A stretch of 63,804 nucleotides of DNA, counting the filler, from Phoronis australis (lineage: Eukaryota > Animalia > Phoronida), in NCBI GenBank assembly GCA_002633005.1. It is 9 parts of 9 records of this genome, joined end to end, with 100 filler letters (N's around TTAATTAATTAA, not from the genome) between each part and the next. Parts side by side here need not be neighbours in the genome. Positions count along the whole stretch, not along the records: positions 1 to 11,217 come from NMRA01000280.1; 8 more parts are not named here. The stretch is one strand, 5' to 3'. Shown piece by piece: positions 1 through 11,217 of the stretch. Made by a program: the position numbers and the translations under genes. Numbering within the stretch: the first letter of the stretch is position 1; each line of letters begins with the position of its first letter. A model generated the notes under the pieces. It did not search any database. It saw nothing but the letters and a program-made list of their open reading frames with translations, and was not told the DNA's origin.

Positions 1-588
1 CGCTTCAAAAATGCACTTCTCGGGGGTGGCGATGGGGGACTGCCGGGAATCAACAGCGACGGTACGGAACCCTTCTTCAGGCGTTGTTTCGCAGGGACCT
101 TCATCAATTCAGCTTACATAGGCCTATCTCTGTCGTAATCTGACGGCTGAAAATGCTTGCCACTGCTTTGTACGTTGCGTGAAAGGGTAGCGCTGCGTTC
201 TTCACACGAACGAGCTAGCCAAGTACGGCGAAGTGTGTCATCCTTCGGAAAGCGATGCAAAGTACCCAAAGCGCGTGTGACACGATAATGAGTACATCCT
301 GGTACGCAGCAATAGCGTTTCATGTTGACTGACTCGTAAACAAAAGCAAACGACGACCGAACTTATCACATCCGAAGTAGAACAATGACTGACTTGACAG
401 TTCTCACAGTCTGACTGTATGAAAAGAAATTGGCGCGAAATTCTTGCCTCCCAAAACGTCACTTCCGGAGTAGAGGACAAGAAATTGATTAAATTACGAA
501 AAGCTTTAATTAAGTGAAAAATATGTCTGGGATAATCAACAGACCTTATTTTTGCTAAAAGTGACATGAAAAAAGATTGCCTTCGCCT
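1..588 (-). mobile_element. End of a THAP-encoding DNA transposon, possibly Kolobok-like
   Basis: The minus strand reads TTAA-AGGCGAAGGCAATC (TTAA at 589-592), followed inward by a THAP ORF. A TTAA target, purine-purine terminus and THAP domain fit Kolobok. The other end is outside the window. Confidence 0.4.
3..323 (-). pseudogene. THAP zinc-finger N-terminus with an in-frame stop
   Basis: MKRYCCVPGC..LHRFPKD..RRTW..KHFQPSDY is followed by TAA (114-116). The same frame continues AELMKVPAKQRLKKGSVPSL, the THAP AVPT-type motif. The third Cys is absent (SSGKHF). Confidence 0.75.
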
Positions 589-2552
589 TTAATAAAGCAT
601 AAAAATATTTCCAGGTGATCAGTGCAATGGGCCCACATGCGAGGCCTACGCTCGTCTGGTACAACGTGTATCAGACCGCCTGAAATTATTTTTTAAAAAC
701 GTGCAATTCACAGAGGTGCCCTTTTTTGGTCTGCCCGCTTTTTTGTTACCAAAGGGTCCACAAAGTCAAGAATTCGAGCACCCATATTGAGCGCTGGGTG
801 CGCGCATGTTTTGTCAGTGTTTGAATTGAAATCTAAATCTAAGTTAATGAGGTTTTCTTTGACTTCGTTGATTAATATCTGTGCAGGAAACTCAAGAGTT
901 TGTGGCTGATGCAAGTTCGGACGCTTCAAATGCTCCTTGTGCGTATTTCCTATCATTATTAGGTACAAAATATTCAGAAATTAATCATAAAATTGACAAA
1001 AACAGTGTTTACAGTAGTTACAGTTTTGCTTTTGGGCTGACGTATATATTACTAATGAAACAAAAATTTTCAAAGAAGCGATAGCTCATTCAATCACAAG
1101 GAAAAAATGGAGGCGTTCAGGACAAGTTCCTGAACTGATGAGCCGGAAATGTGGGTATGGAAATAACCGATGACAACCGGTANAATTAATTACAAAATTC
1201 AAACTTCGGTGCCGACTGATTATGTCGTCTGCTTGCCCAATAGCAGTATAGTTATCGGATAGTTTGTGATTTATGGTTCACATGGGCCTACTGAGAAAAC
1301 TACGAAAGCATGTTTGTGCACAAATTCCAACTTAGGAGTACCTGTGAATGCAAAAGATACTTAGCCTATATAACGTTTTTGGTTTAGAAAAATATTAATT
1401 TTGTTCGAATTAAAAAATGCGCCTCTGCAACGATTTGACTAGTTGAACCTTTGCATGTTTATAATTCAACATTCTCAAGTGAGCAGTTCTTCTGGGAAGA
1501 GTTGAGTGGCCCTTAAAGGGGCTGTTGGTTGTAGTGTGCATGAGCCTTAGGTGTAGAGTGAAATGGTTCTTAAAAGAACCGTTGAATAATTCAACATAAA
1601 TCACTCAATTAATGAAGGTCCTCTTCGTGGCAAGTTTTCATCAGGGAATGCTGGATGAAAACAGAAGAGATGACAATATCGATGACAGTTGTAACACTTT
1701 AAATATATATTACCGTTCACCAACGTTGTCACGAACCCTGCCTCGTTCAGTTCTTGTTCCTGTATCCACAAATAATCGTGAACTGTAGGGAAAAAATGAG
1801 AGACAACACAACGAATCAAATTTCGAAAATCATCGCCTTCGTACGATTCCGTGTTGCTGTCACCAGACATGTTCTTCTCCAACATCCATGTAGAAAATCG
1901 ACGTTGCAAGTGATGGAAACTTGTCTACGCTCTTGTCCTTTGTTTTTAATCTTTAACCCACTTTTAATAAAGGGGTGTCCTGTTTTTGTCTCAAGTTGAT
2001 AGTGCATAACTTTTGGTTTTACATTGTATTAATCGTGTTAAATACATATATATGAACTGGCCTCATTGAGATGCACAGCAAATAAATTAATTATAACACA
2101 TTAAAGTTTTGCAAATATAAAGAGCAGTAACAGACTCCCTAAAAATCGGCGTTGTGTTCGAAAGGTTTGCGTCACTGGTGATCTGATTGGTTCAATCTCT
2201 TGCGGCGGGAAAATGATAGACCCAGTAATTATTGTGCGCGTGTGCACTGCAGCAATGCTTTGTATTTTTATTTTTATTTGTATAATCTGTGGATACAGTA
2301 ATTTTCCTTATTTATGCCCATCCTGATTTGACCGCGACTTAAGCTTCTCGAGTTCTACCATATTGGAGCTGTCAGAGGGACTCACGTGCATGTGCGCACC
2401 CGGCCTTCAAAATGGAGGCTCGAATTCCTGACGTTATGGACCTTTTGCTAACAAAAGAAAGGGCCGACTAAAAAAACAAAAAAACGGGAGCACCACTGTG
2501 AATTGCACGTTTAAACCAGGAGCTGCATTGGGTGCAACTTGTGTAGACGTTT

Positions 2553-2708
2553 CATGCGCGCACCCAGCCTCTAATTTCGGGGGGGCTCGAATCTCTGGCA
2601 AAGTGGAAATTTTGGTAACAAAAAAGCGTGAGAACTAAAATAAAAAACGGGGTACTGTGGTAGACTTTCGTCATTTTCTCTCGGACTATTCCCCTGGGTG
2701 CGCGCATG
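2553..2708. mobile_element. MITE, CATGCGCGCACCCAG-TIR family (short copy)
   Basis: Perfect 15-bp TIR CATGCGCGCACCCAG / CTGGGTGCGCGCATG. Partial relatives at about 697-808, 2389-2515, 25412-25600, 25955-26143 and 27720-27875, and a longer copy at 61867-62121. Confidence 0.8.
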
Positions 2709-2815
2709 AGTTTGTCTGCGTTGCCACTTTTTAAAAAGGCGGGCTTGTCTGTAGCCAACTACGGTAAATTCATCAAAGGTTACGTGCGAGGTTGCGTTAG
2801 CAGAACCGATCCAAC

Positions 2816-3613
2816 ATTTCAAAAGGACCATAATTAGTATCCGTTGCGCACGGCCCTGTTTGTTACATCAGGAGTAGGATTGGTTCATATTATGTAGAGG
2901 TGGTGAAGGACTTTACAAAACCTGTATGTAACCTGCTGTTGAATTGTGAGATAGATTTTGACTGGTCCAGGTGGTTATTTCTTAAGTGTTCTATTTATTT
3001 GTACACGAATCAGTGTGAATTTGTTGAAATCGTTGTTCCAAATCCTGGCCAAATATGCGTATTCTGCTGACACCAACCGTCTGATCAGGGCCAACGAAGA
3101 GTAATTTGGTTAATTCGCTCACTAGACTATGGCTGAAGTTCCCAGTAAGGACAAGAGTTTACGAGTCATTACTTTTGGAAGAAATTTAGCGGACAGTTTT
3201 CGTCAAAAAGTTTACCAGATAGTTTTCATAAAAACGGAGAAAACAAAAATGGATTTGTGAAGACAGCTTTAAGTAGTAGAGTCTCTTATAAAAATTCATC
3301 TTCGAAGTGCCTTGAACAAATGTATAAAGTCTTATTGTTGAAACAACTGCCATTCACGTTGACACCAGAAGTAAGCTTTTCTTCCCACAAACGATTATGG
3401 GGTCTTCGGATGGTATGAAAGCTAATTCCTTTGCACTTCGCGTGTGTGGCCGAACAACCGGCCAAACAGTAGCCGACCATGATTAGCAGACGACGTACTT
3501 GCCGGAAATTGCACCAGAAAATTAAGTCAGGTGTCGCCAGTGAATAATGACGTAAGGGCTTATGCGTAAGAACACAGATTTCGTCCATTGAAAGTATACG
3601 GAGTTGGCGGTCC
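2816..3613 (-). mobile_element. Non-autonomous THAP-bearing element, copy 1
   Basis: Aligns in inverted orientation to 10137-11217 and lacks about 245 bp present in the right copy. Confidence 0.75.
3286..3480 (-). pseudogene. Truncated THAP domain ORF
   Basis: MVGYCLAGCSATHAKCKGISFHTI..W..LYICSRHFEDEFL matches the C2CH THAP signature. It stops right after the domain core. Confidence 0.7.
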
Positions 3614-3645
3614 TACATGGACCGCCAACTCCCGGGAGCGGGACA

Positions 3646-3965
3646 ATGTCAACAAGCCAATCCAGGTATCATCACACACATTCAGATGCTAGGTTCTACC
3701 TGACTCCGCTGGTTGACATTTTGCAAATGTCAACTCGCTGATCCAGGTATCATCACAAAAATACAAATGCTAGGTCCTACCTGACTCCGCTGGTTGACAT
3801 TTTGCAAATGTCAACTAGCTGATCCAGGTATCATCACAAAAATACAAATGCTAGGTCCTACCTGACTCCGCTGGTTGACATTTTGCAAATGTCAACTGGC
3901 TGATCCAGGTATCATCACAAAAATACAAATGCTAGGTCCTACCTGACTCCGCTGATCCAGGTATC
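3646..3965. repeat. 81-bp tandem repeat (about 3.7 units) with an internal palindrome
   Basis: TCCAGGTATC recurs at 3661, 3742, 3823 and 3904. Each full unit contains GTTGACATTT-TGC-AAATGTCAAC. Confidence 0.9.
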
Positions 3966-4259
3966 AATGATACTATCATCACACACATTTTTAAACAGGC
4001 GCCCTTCGTGAAGTTTCTCCGTCAAAAAGAGCATTGGTTTCTGTTAGCTCATAAAATATAATAAATCAGGCACACGTACCATGTCGAAATTCATCCAATG
4101 CCGCTGTCACAGTGCTTGAAAATCGAGAAATTCTCTGCTCACCACAACACTTCGACAGGAATTAAAGAAAGGGAATCCCTCTTGATAGAACGCATGTGCG
4201 TGAACTACGTCACTTCCACCTGGATTGGCTCGTTGACATTGTCCCGCTCCCCCAACTCC

Positions 4260-5223
4260 CGCTCATCCAAAACCTTTACGGCAAACAGGTGGCGCTTCTC
4301 ATCAATCACGTGTCATTTTATCGCTCAAATAACACTGTCTGCCAGAGAATCTTGACGAAGCTTCTTGACCTACATTCTGCTGCTGCTGACTGTAGCCACA
4401 GGTCACGAGAGTTCATGAACCAGACAGTGTACATGTATGTCCTGATGAGTGGCAAATTTGTGTGGACAAGAAATCTTTGTGTTCGACATTCCATGTTTTA
4501 AATCCCCATTTGTAATAACTATTTATAACATATAATTAAGATGAAAGTGTTAATAATCTACGCTGTTGTGGTTGCTCGGCCTAAACGCTGGGGTGAAATA
4601 GATATTCAATGAACGTGACCATGGTGAGGCTACTAAACCGGGCCCGGCCACTTTTCCGCCCGGCGAGATTTTGGCAACTCAGCAACCATAATTTTAATTA
4701 GGTTGAAATATACGGCACTATATTTTTTAAATTATGCTTGAATTATACATGGTGATATACATGTTAGATTTTATTCTCTTGCGATATTTTCTTTTTCGTT
4801 CAGTGTCTCGTTAGCCAACAACACTGAGCCCAGCAGACCGGACTGGCCGAGGCACGACACGACATCTGATGGTTCACCAAGTAAAAACGTCTGTATATTT
4901 TATGTTCTATCAACACTAAGGCAAAAGAGAGTGGTTTCAACTTATATAGTATCTATTTAACGAACTGAACCATGCACTATGAACATGTTGGTGGCCATGA
5001 TTAATAACAGCTGACAGTATAAAAAAAGAGTGAAGCACTGAGCTCATCGTGTCACGTTGTCACAATGGCGATGTGACGTCAGCAGCTGTAGAATATAGGT
5101 CAAGGTGCTGGGTCAAGATTCAGTTCACACAAGAATGTCACATGACTGTAAGCAGCGCTGCCTGTTAGTAAAGCATCATTGCATCCAGTGCCATCTGTTT
5201 GCCGCAAAGGTTTTGGATGAGCG
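4260..5223. mobile_element. MITE-like element with long imperfect inverted ends
   Basis: 4260-4293 and 5190-5223 are inverted at 32/34. Further inverted similarity links about 4345-4390 and 5080-5121. Confidence 0.6.
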
Positions 5224-6333
5224 AGTACCTATGGTGCAGACGACTAAAGCACGTGCAAACTCACTGCAGTTTTTAGTATCTCGTTTGATTCTTGATATGA
5301 CACCCGCACGTGCGCGGTCGGGGTTTCACTTGAATTCAAAAACAAATGAAAAAATGGAACAGTGACATATTGTCAGTTCAATGAAATATTCATTGTGGAA
5401 AAAGATTTTGTTTTCAACTTTTATAACCGATTTATGCAATCGTCCATTTTAGGCCGACTTGGGGGTCTAAATTGCACCCTCTCTAGGTGATATCAAAACG
5501 AGGCAACGCTGTAAGAAAACGAGACGGTGCCGGACATTGAATGCATTACAGCGGAACAAAAATTGGTGTCATTTAATTCTCAAATTATGCTTCAAGTAAG
5601 ATCTTATGAAATGTCCGATATTTAGGGTCCGTCCGATAATTAGGTATAGTCCCGATACCTATCGCCGTCAGGCTCTAAAGGTCGTCCGCCTTCTTCTTTC
5701 TCGTGCAGCGCAGCCATGTGGGACTTAGCGTTCCAATTTGTAACGCTCGTTTGCTCATCAGTTACTAACTTATCGGAAGAGACATGTATCAAAAAATGAG
5801 ACAAAAATCGGGGAGCTTGCCGATTGTTTTTTAAAACCACTTAAAAATTAGTAGATTTTACTAAATTAATACACTTTTTGTGCGTTTTCAGAAGATGTTT
5901 TCGAAATTAAATTTTCTTCAGACGGGACACAAAACATGACCCAGGGTTTGTTTATGCAATGTATCTATTTGTCCCAGGCACTAGTAGGATCTAGAGGGCC
6001 AAAGGAAAAATCCGCAGACAAATGCAATACGCTGGATGCTTAACATTTTTGCCTCACGCATTCACCATTAAACTGCATTGACATGTTGTTCATTTGGCTT
6101 TTATTGGAAACCACATTGCAGAGCTCAACATCAAAGCTGAAATTTTTGATTTGTACATTTTGACTTTATTTGATAGAGAGTGATCAACAATAAAATAAAA
6201 TATATTTATTTCGTTTTTGGCAATGGTACATACAATGATGCAATGTAACATGACATTAGGTACTAAAATTGAAAATAAGAAACTGAACAATTATCAAAAA
6301 ACGTAACTTGTGTTTTTATTTTTGTTGTTACAG

Positions 6334-8091
6334 AATCCTGTAAAACTTGAGAAAAAAAAGTTCAAACAATACGACATTGGCAATTTATTGGAAGCCTACC
6401 AAAAGGTAGTTGAAGATGGTCTTTCGGTAAGAGGTGCTGCAAAAAATATAGTGTCAGTTACAACACTGCGTGACAGAGTTAATGCGAAAATTGACCATGA
6501 GTGTGTCACCATGGGTGTTCCACCCATCTTCAGTACGGAACAAGAGGCCATGATGGTAAATCATCTGCGACAAACGGCTACCTTAGGATTTGGTTACTCA
6601 AGACAAGAAGTGCTAGATGTAGCCACCTAATGGGCGTTGTCAGAGGGACTGCGAGAAACTGGGAAACGGTTGTCAATAAGATGGTTCCAAGGTTTTGTGA
6701 AACGTTGGCCAGAAATCTAAGTTATTCGAGCGAAGTCACTGGAATTGACCAGAGCCAAATCGGCAAACAAAGAAGCCATAGAATCTTACTTTAATGAGCT
6801 GCATACCATTCTACAAAAACCCAACTTTCAAGAAAAAACACACCGCATATTCAACTTGGATGAAAAAGGAATCACCTTAAACCACAAACCGCCGCATGTT
6901 GTTGCCGCCGCGAACTGTCCTCCACAGGCAGTGACGTCTGGGCGGGCAGCAACAACAACAGTCTTGGGCTGCGGAAATGCCGCAGGATTCTCACTTCCTC
7001 CTTATTTTGTATTTAAAGGAAAGCGCTTCAGCTCGGACCTCATTCGTGATTGTACTCCTGGTGCATCTGGAATAGTATCACACAGTGGTTGGTCGAACAC
7101 CGAAATTTTTCTCAAGTACCTCCAGGAACACTTTGTGAAGTTTGTACCAGGTGGTTTACAAGAGCCTGTTTTGCTTATATTGGATGGCCATAGGTCTCAC
7201 ACAAATCTGGAAGTAGTTCAGTGGGCAAAGGACAACAACATCATAATCTTGACTCTGCCAGCCCATACGTCTCATCTGCTTCAGCCTCTCAATGTCAGCT
7301 GCTATGGGACAATGGAGGCGATTTACAACAACTTATGCCACAGGTTAATCAAAGGAACGAAGGCTGGCATCACGCGCTACGGTGTTTCTTCTCTGGGAAG
7401 TAAGGCATACATCAAAACATTATCTGCTGAAAATCTTATTTTCTGCTTCCGCAAATGTGGAATATTCCCATTTGACTCAACAGTTGTCCCTGCAGAGAAG
7501 ATAGCCCCATCAACAGTTTTCATGGCTTCATCCACCGTAACAACTGAATTCAGTGGACCCAACCTGGACTTGTTTTCTGAACGACTGAATAAATGTATCG
7601 AAGTCAAAAGACCAAATTCCATCAACCAAGTCTCAAAAGATTGCAGTTCTGTTTTGGGTGGCAAGGTGTTAACGGAGAAGGAAGAAATACTGAAAAGAAA
7701 AAAGAAGAAAACACAAACAAAAAGTGTAACTAACAGCAAAACCAAAAGAAATGTACTAAAGAGGTCACAAACAGAAAGTGGACCAGCTGGTCCAACTGGA
7801 ATAAAGAAACCGCGGGCAACAATTCAGTCAGCAAATTCGGATAGCAGTGACAGTGCAGACTCAGAAGCAGGAGACGAGGTCTGCTGTGTATGTCAGAAGT
7901 GGTCGCCGCCGCAGCTTCGCCACTGCCCGTCACTGGTTATGGTGAGCTGGGGAAGATGTGATTTTTCAAACTGCAACCACTGGACGCACCTGAGATTTTG
8001 TTGTGATGTTCATGCTTTGAGGCGCCATGACAATTTTTTCTGTCCTTGCCATAATATTTCATGTCGCCAAACCCAGCATCCAGAAGAATAG
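6334..8091 (+). pseudogene. pogo/CENP-B-like DDE transposase with C-terminal PHD-like finger
   Basis: psq-type HTH (GLSVRGAAK..TTLRDRV), CENP-B-type HTH (WFQGFVKRWP), NLDEKG, ILDGHRSH, LPAHTSHLLQPLN and a Cys/His finger at the end. One frame with TAA stops at 6628 and 6718; the third catalytic D reads N. Probable splice acceptor at 6333, also present in the copy near 52555. Confidence 0.9.
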
Positions 8092-8413
8092 ATATTACAC
8101 CAAGAAAATTGTTAAACTGTTAGAAACTTACTAGAGTGACTAATAAGTATTAATAGTATTAAGAACAAAAATGTTAGATTACTGTAAACTTGATAATGTT
8201 ATTGTTTATATTTAATTATAGTTCTCATCTTCATGTTCTAATCACTTTTACTGTAAATGTAATGTAAAAATTGATTATTTCCCAAAAAGGGAAATTCTGA
8301 TCCAATGAAATCGAGCTTATGTCAATAAAAACAGGCTGTTGCAATTTTCACTACTTCGTTGGCCTTTTTCTGCATGTTTCTCACTATTTACAAAAGGGGG
8401 CAGCATATGACGC

Positions 8414-9477
8414 CACTCACTAATACATATGAGAAAACATAAAGGTTGGACACTCGAAATCTGTTTCCTAAAAATTTTCTACTCAAATGTGCATGGAACT
8501 CCACGAAACTAGCATCGAACAACTCTTAGAATACCTTCTTTCATTTGATCTCTTCCAATTGCCTTCGAGTGATGATTTGGCGACAAAAATGCCAAAAGAA
8601 TGCCAAAAGAATGCCAAAATCACAAATTCAAGGAAGTCATTCTGTGATGTCATGGCAGACGGTCTTTACACATCCGGGTTTTTAACGGACGCTCCCGAGC
8701 TAAATCCGAAAGTCTATTTTCGCGCGCAGTCAATCCCTCGACTACTTGGTCATGAGAAGCAGAGAGCACTTTAAAAATATCATTGCCAAATAAATGTAAC
8801 TACTCAGATATTTGTGTCAAATATGAATTATCCTGATACTGTATTGATATGCGAAGTTTTTGTGTACCGTGATTTCTTATGAAGGTTTTACTTTTGGCCA
8901 AAACCATTGAGTTTTAACTCGTCGGCCACGCGCATTGTAATACTTGCACGGACTGCGTTTCCTGGACGAGTGTGCTTCAATCAAAAAAGTGCGTGATGTC
9001 AAGATGAGAAACAAGATACGCCAGTTTATGCAATAAAATTCTAAGTTAAGGGCTAAAATGAGCCGTCAGTGGAAAAAAGTTACAAATAATCATTAAAATA
9101 CTGCCTTTAACATTCTCAATTAGTCGAGTTTTGGATTAGAATTATTGAATTTGAAATTTAGGTTGCTTGCTCAAACTCGAAGTTTCACCAACGACAGGCG
9201 TACAAGTTGAAACACAACTGAAATCCGCAATGTTTACTATTTCAGGTCCTTTAATTCAGAGTTTGGAGATTGTTTTGGAAATTCCATCGCCAATTCACCA
9301 CTCACGAAGACAGTTAATGGGATCTAGTAAAGATAAGGCTTCGAAGGCTTATGCAACACCAGACTGAAGGAGGTGCACGCAGATTTTATTTGGATTTTGG
9401 CCGGTTGAAGTTGTGAGCCTTGACTTGGCAAAGTTAAAGTGTCCAACCTTTATGTTTCTTATATATGGTTATGAGTG
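8414..9477. mobile_element. About 1.06-kb MITE with CACTCA termini, inserted in the pogo 3' region
   Basis: About 40-bp imperfect TIRs with a perfect 20-bp core (8435-8454 / 9438-9457). The segment is absent from the pogo derivative at 52990-53030. Confidence 0.75.
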
Positions 9478-9715
9478 ATCTGGAAATCCGAGCGCCTGTG
9501 GTAGTAACAAAAAATGGCTTCCGAAGGCAACGTACATTTGAAATAACTCAGCCCAAATTTAATTAAAGAAAACTTCCGAATCGATGAATGCGGTATATCT
9601 GTGAGAGTTGAATCGAATCCTCTTCAGATCATAGCTTTGAAGTGGAATAATTCGGTGAATACAACAGCAAGTCGGTTTTATGTTTAGGCGGACGACCATT
9701 GGGTTCCCGAGTGTA

Positions 9716-10119
9716 CACTATGTGTATGGTAGCAAGTGCTTTGAATTTCTCGAGTCTTGAAGCATCATCTCCCGAAGGAGGAACTTCCTTATACGAGACA
9801 ATGTTCCACAGGCCATCTTTCATCAGTGCCATTTGACACTGCACCTTCCACGTTGCATAGTTTTTACCAACCAGCGGTGAAATTACCGAAATCATTGATT
9901 TTTCCGCCATCTTTGATTTTTCACGTTCAACAGTCGTCCGTTTTTCAAGTCCAAAACAACGACACAACGTCACAAATCAACATATTAATGGCACAAAAAA
10001 TCGTCCAAATTTCATTCAATTCCTCTACAAAGTCACAATAGCGTCCTGAGCCCGTAAGCTGTTGAAATATGTCACTTTTTGGTTGCAAAGATGAAACCAC
10101 AACACATCGTGAGAATGAC
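9716..10119 (-). mobile_element. Ty1/copia 5' fragment (LTR end, PBS, gag N-terminus)
   Basis: The minus strand reads ..CAACA-GCTTACGGGCTCAG (10064-10046), resembling the copia PBS GGTTATGGGCCCAG. ATG at 9910 gives ..LVGKNYATWKVQCQMALMKDGLWNIV..KALATI, a typical copia gag start. Confidence 0.8.
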
Positions 10120-11217
10120 CATAGACTAAAGTACATGGACCGCCAACTCCGCATACTTTCAATGGACGAAATCTGTGAGCTTACGCAGAAGCCCTTACGT
10201 CATTATTCACTGGCGACACCTGGCTAAATTTTCTGGTGCAATTTCCGGCAAGAACGTCGTCTGCTAATCATGGTCGGCTACTGTGTGACCGGTTGTTCGG
10301 CCACACACGCGAAATGCAAAGGAATTAGCTTCCATACCATCCGAAGACCCCATAATCGGCTGCGGGAAGAAAACCTTACTTCTTGTGTCAACGTAAATGG
10401 CAGTTGTTTCAGCAATAAGACTTTATACATTTGTTCAACAGGTCAAGGTACTTCGAAGATGAATGTTTTAAGAGACTCTACTACTTAATCCTGTCTTCGC
10501 AAATCTATTTTTGTTTTTCTCCGTTTTGATGAAAACTATCTGGTAAAATTTTTGACGAAAATTATCCGCTAACTTTCTTCCAAAGGTAGTGACACGTAAA
10601 CTCTTGTCCTTACGAGGAAGTTCAGCCATAGTCTAGTGAGCGAATTAACCAAACTACTCTTCGCTTCTTCAGACGGTTGGTCTCAGCAGAATGCGCACAT
10701 TTGGCCAGGATTTGGATCAGCGATTTCAACAAATTCACATTCGTGTACAAATAAATAGAACGCTGGTAAAACGTTTAACATAAATAAAGATTACATTAAT
10801 ACTTCATAAATAACCACCCGGACCAGTCAAAATCTATCTCGCAATTCAACAGCAGGTTACACACTCATTTCATGTCGAATATATGCCGCACACAATCTCT
10901 CGACTGCAGTCTATGAAAATGCAACCAAATTCTTTGAAAACATGGAACAGGAACACCAGAGGGGTGTAAAGGTTGTTTTTATTTTTCAATGGTTAAATTT
11001 TTTGTAAGCGGACATATGGTTTTTTAAATTTCCGCCTTAAGTCCTAACATTTCTAAACTTAAGCCTTTCAAACGAACGTTTATGACGAAAACAAAATTCT
11101 TCAACCAGTTTTGTAAAGTCCTATGCCACCTGTAGGGTACATAATGAGCCAATCCCACTCCTAATGTAACAAAAGGGTCCCGTGCATAAAGGATACTAAG
11201 TATTGCCCTTCTGAAAT
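10120..11217 (+). mobile_element. Non-autonomous THAP-bearing element, copy 2 (P-element-like CATAG terminus)
   Basis: Starts CATAGACTAAAGTACATGGACCGCCAACTCC. THAP ORF at 10270-10488 is frameshifted by a small insertion in the CSxHF motif. Inverted homolog of 2816-3613; cut by the scaffold end. Confidence 0.7.

Larger units (their letters stand above)
5647..9713 (+). mobile_element. pogo-type (Tc1/mariner-related) DNA transposon, apparently full length and inactive, with a nested MITE
   Basis: TA on both flanks (5645-46 and 9714-15) and imperfect TIRs of about 25 bp. Both ends match the deletion derivative at 51857-53219, and it holds a DDE_1-type transposase. Confidence 0.85.

Noticed and set aside
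3646-3965. CRISPR-like appearance (spaced palindromes); also considered for 57372-58167
   Set aside because: The intervening sequences are essentially identical rather than unique spacers, there are no cas genes, and the context is eukaryotic.
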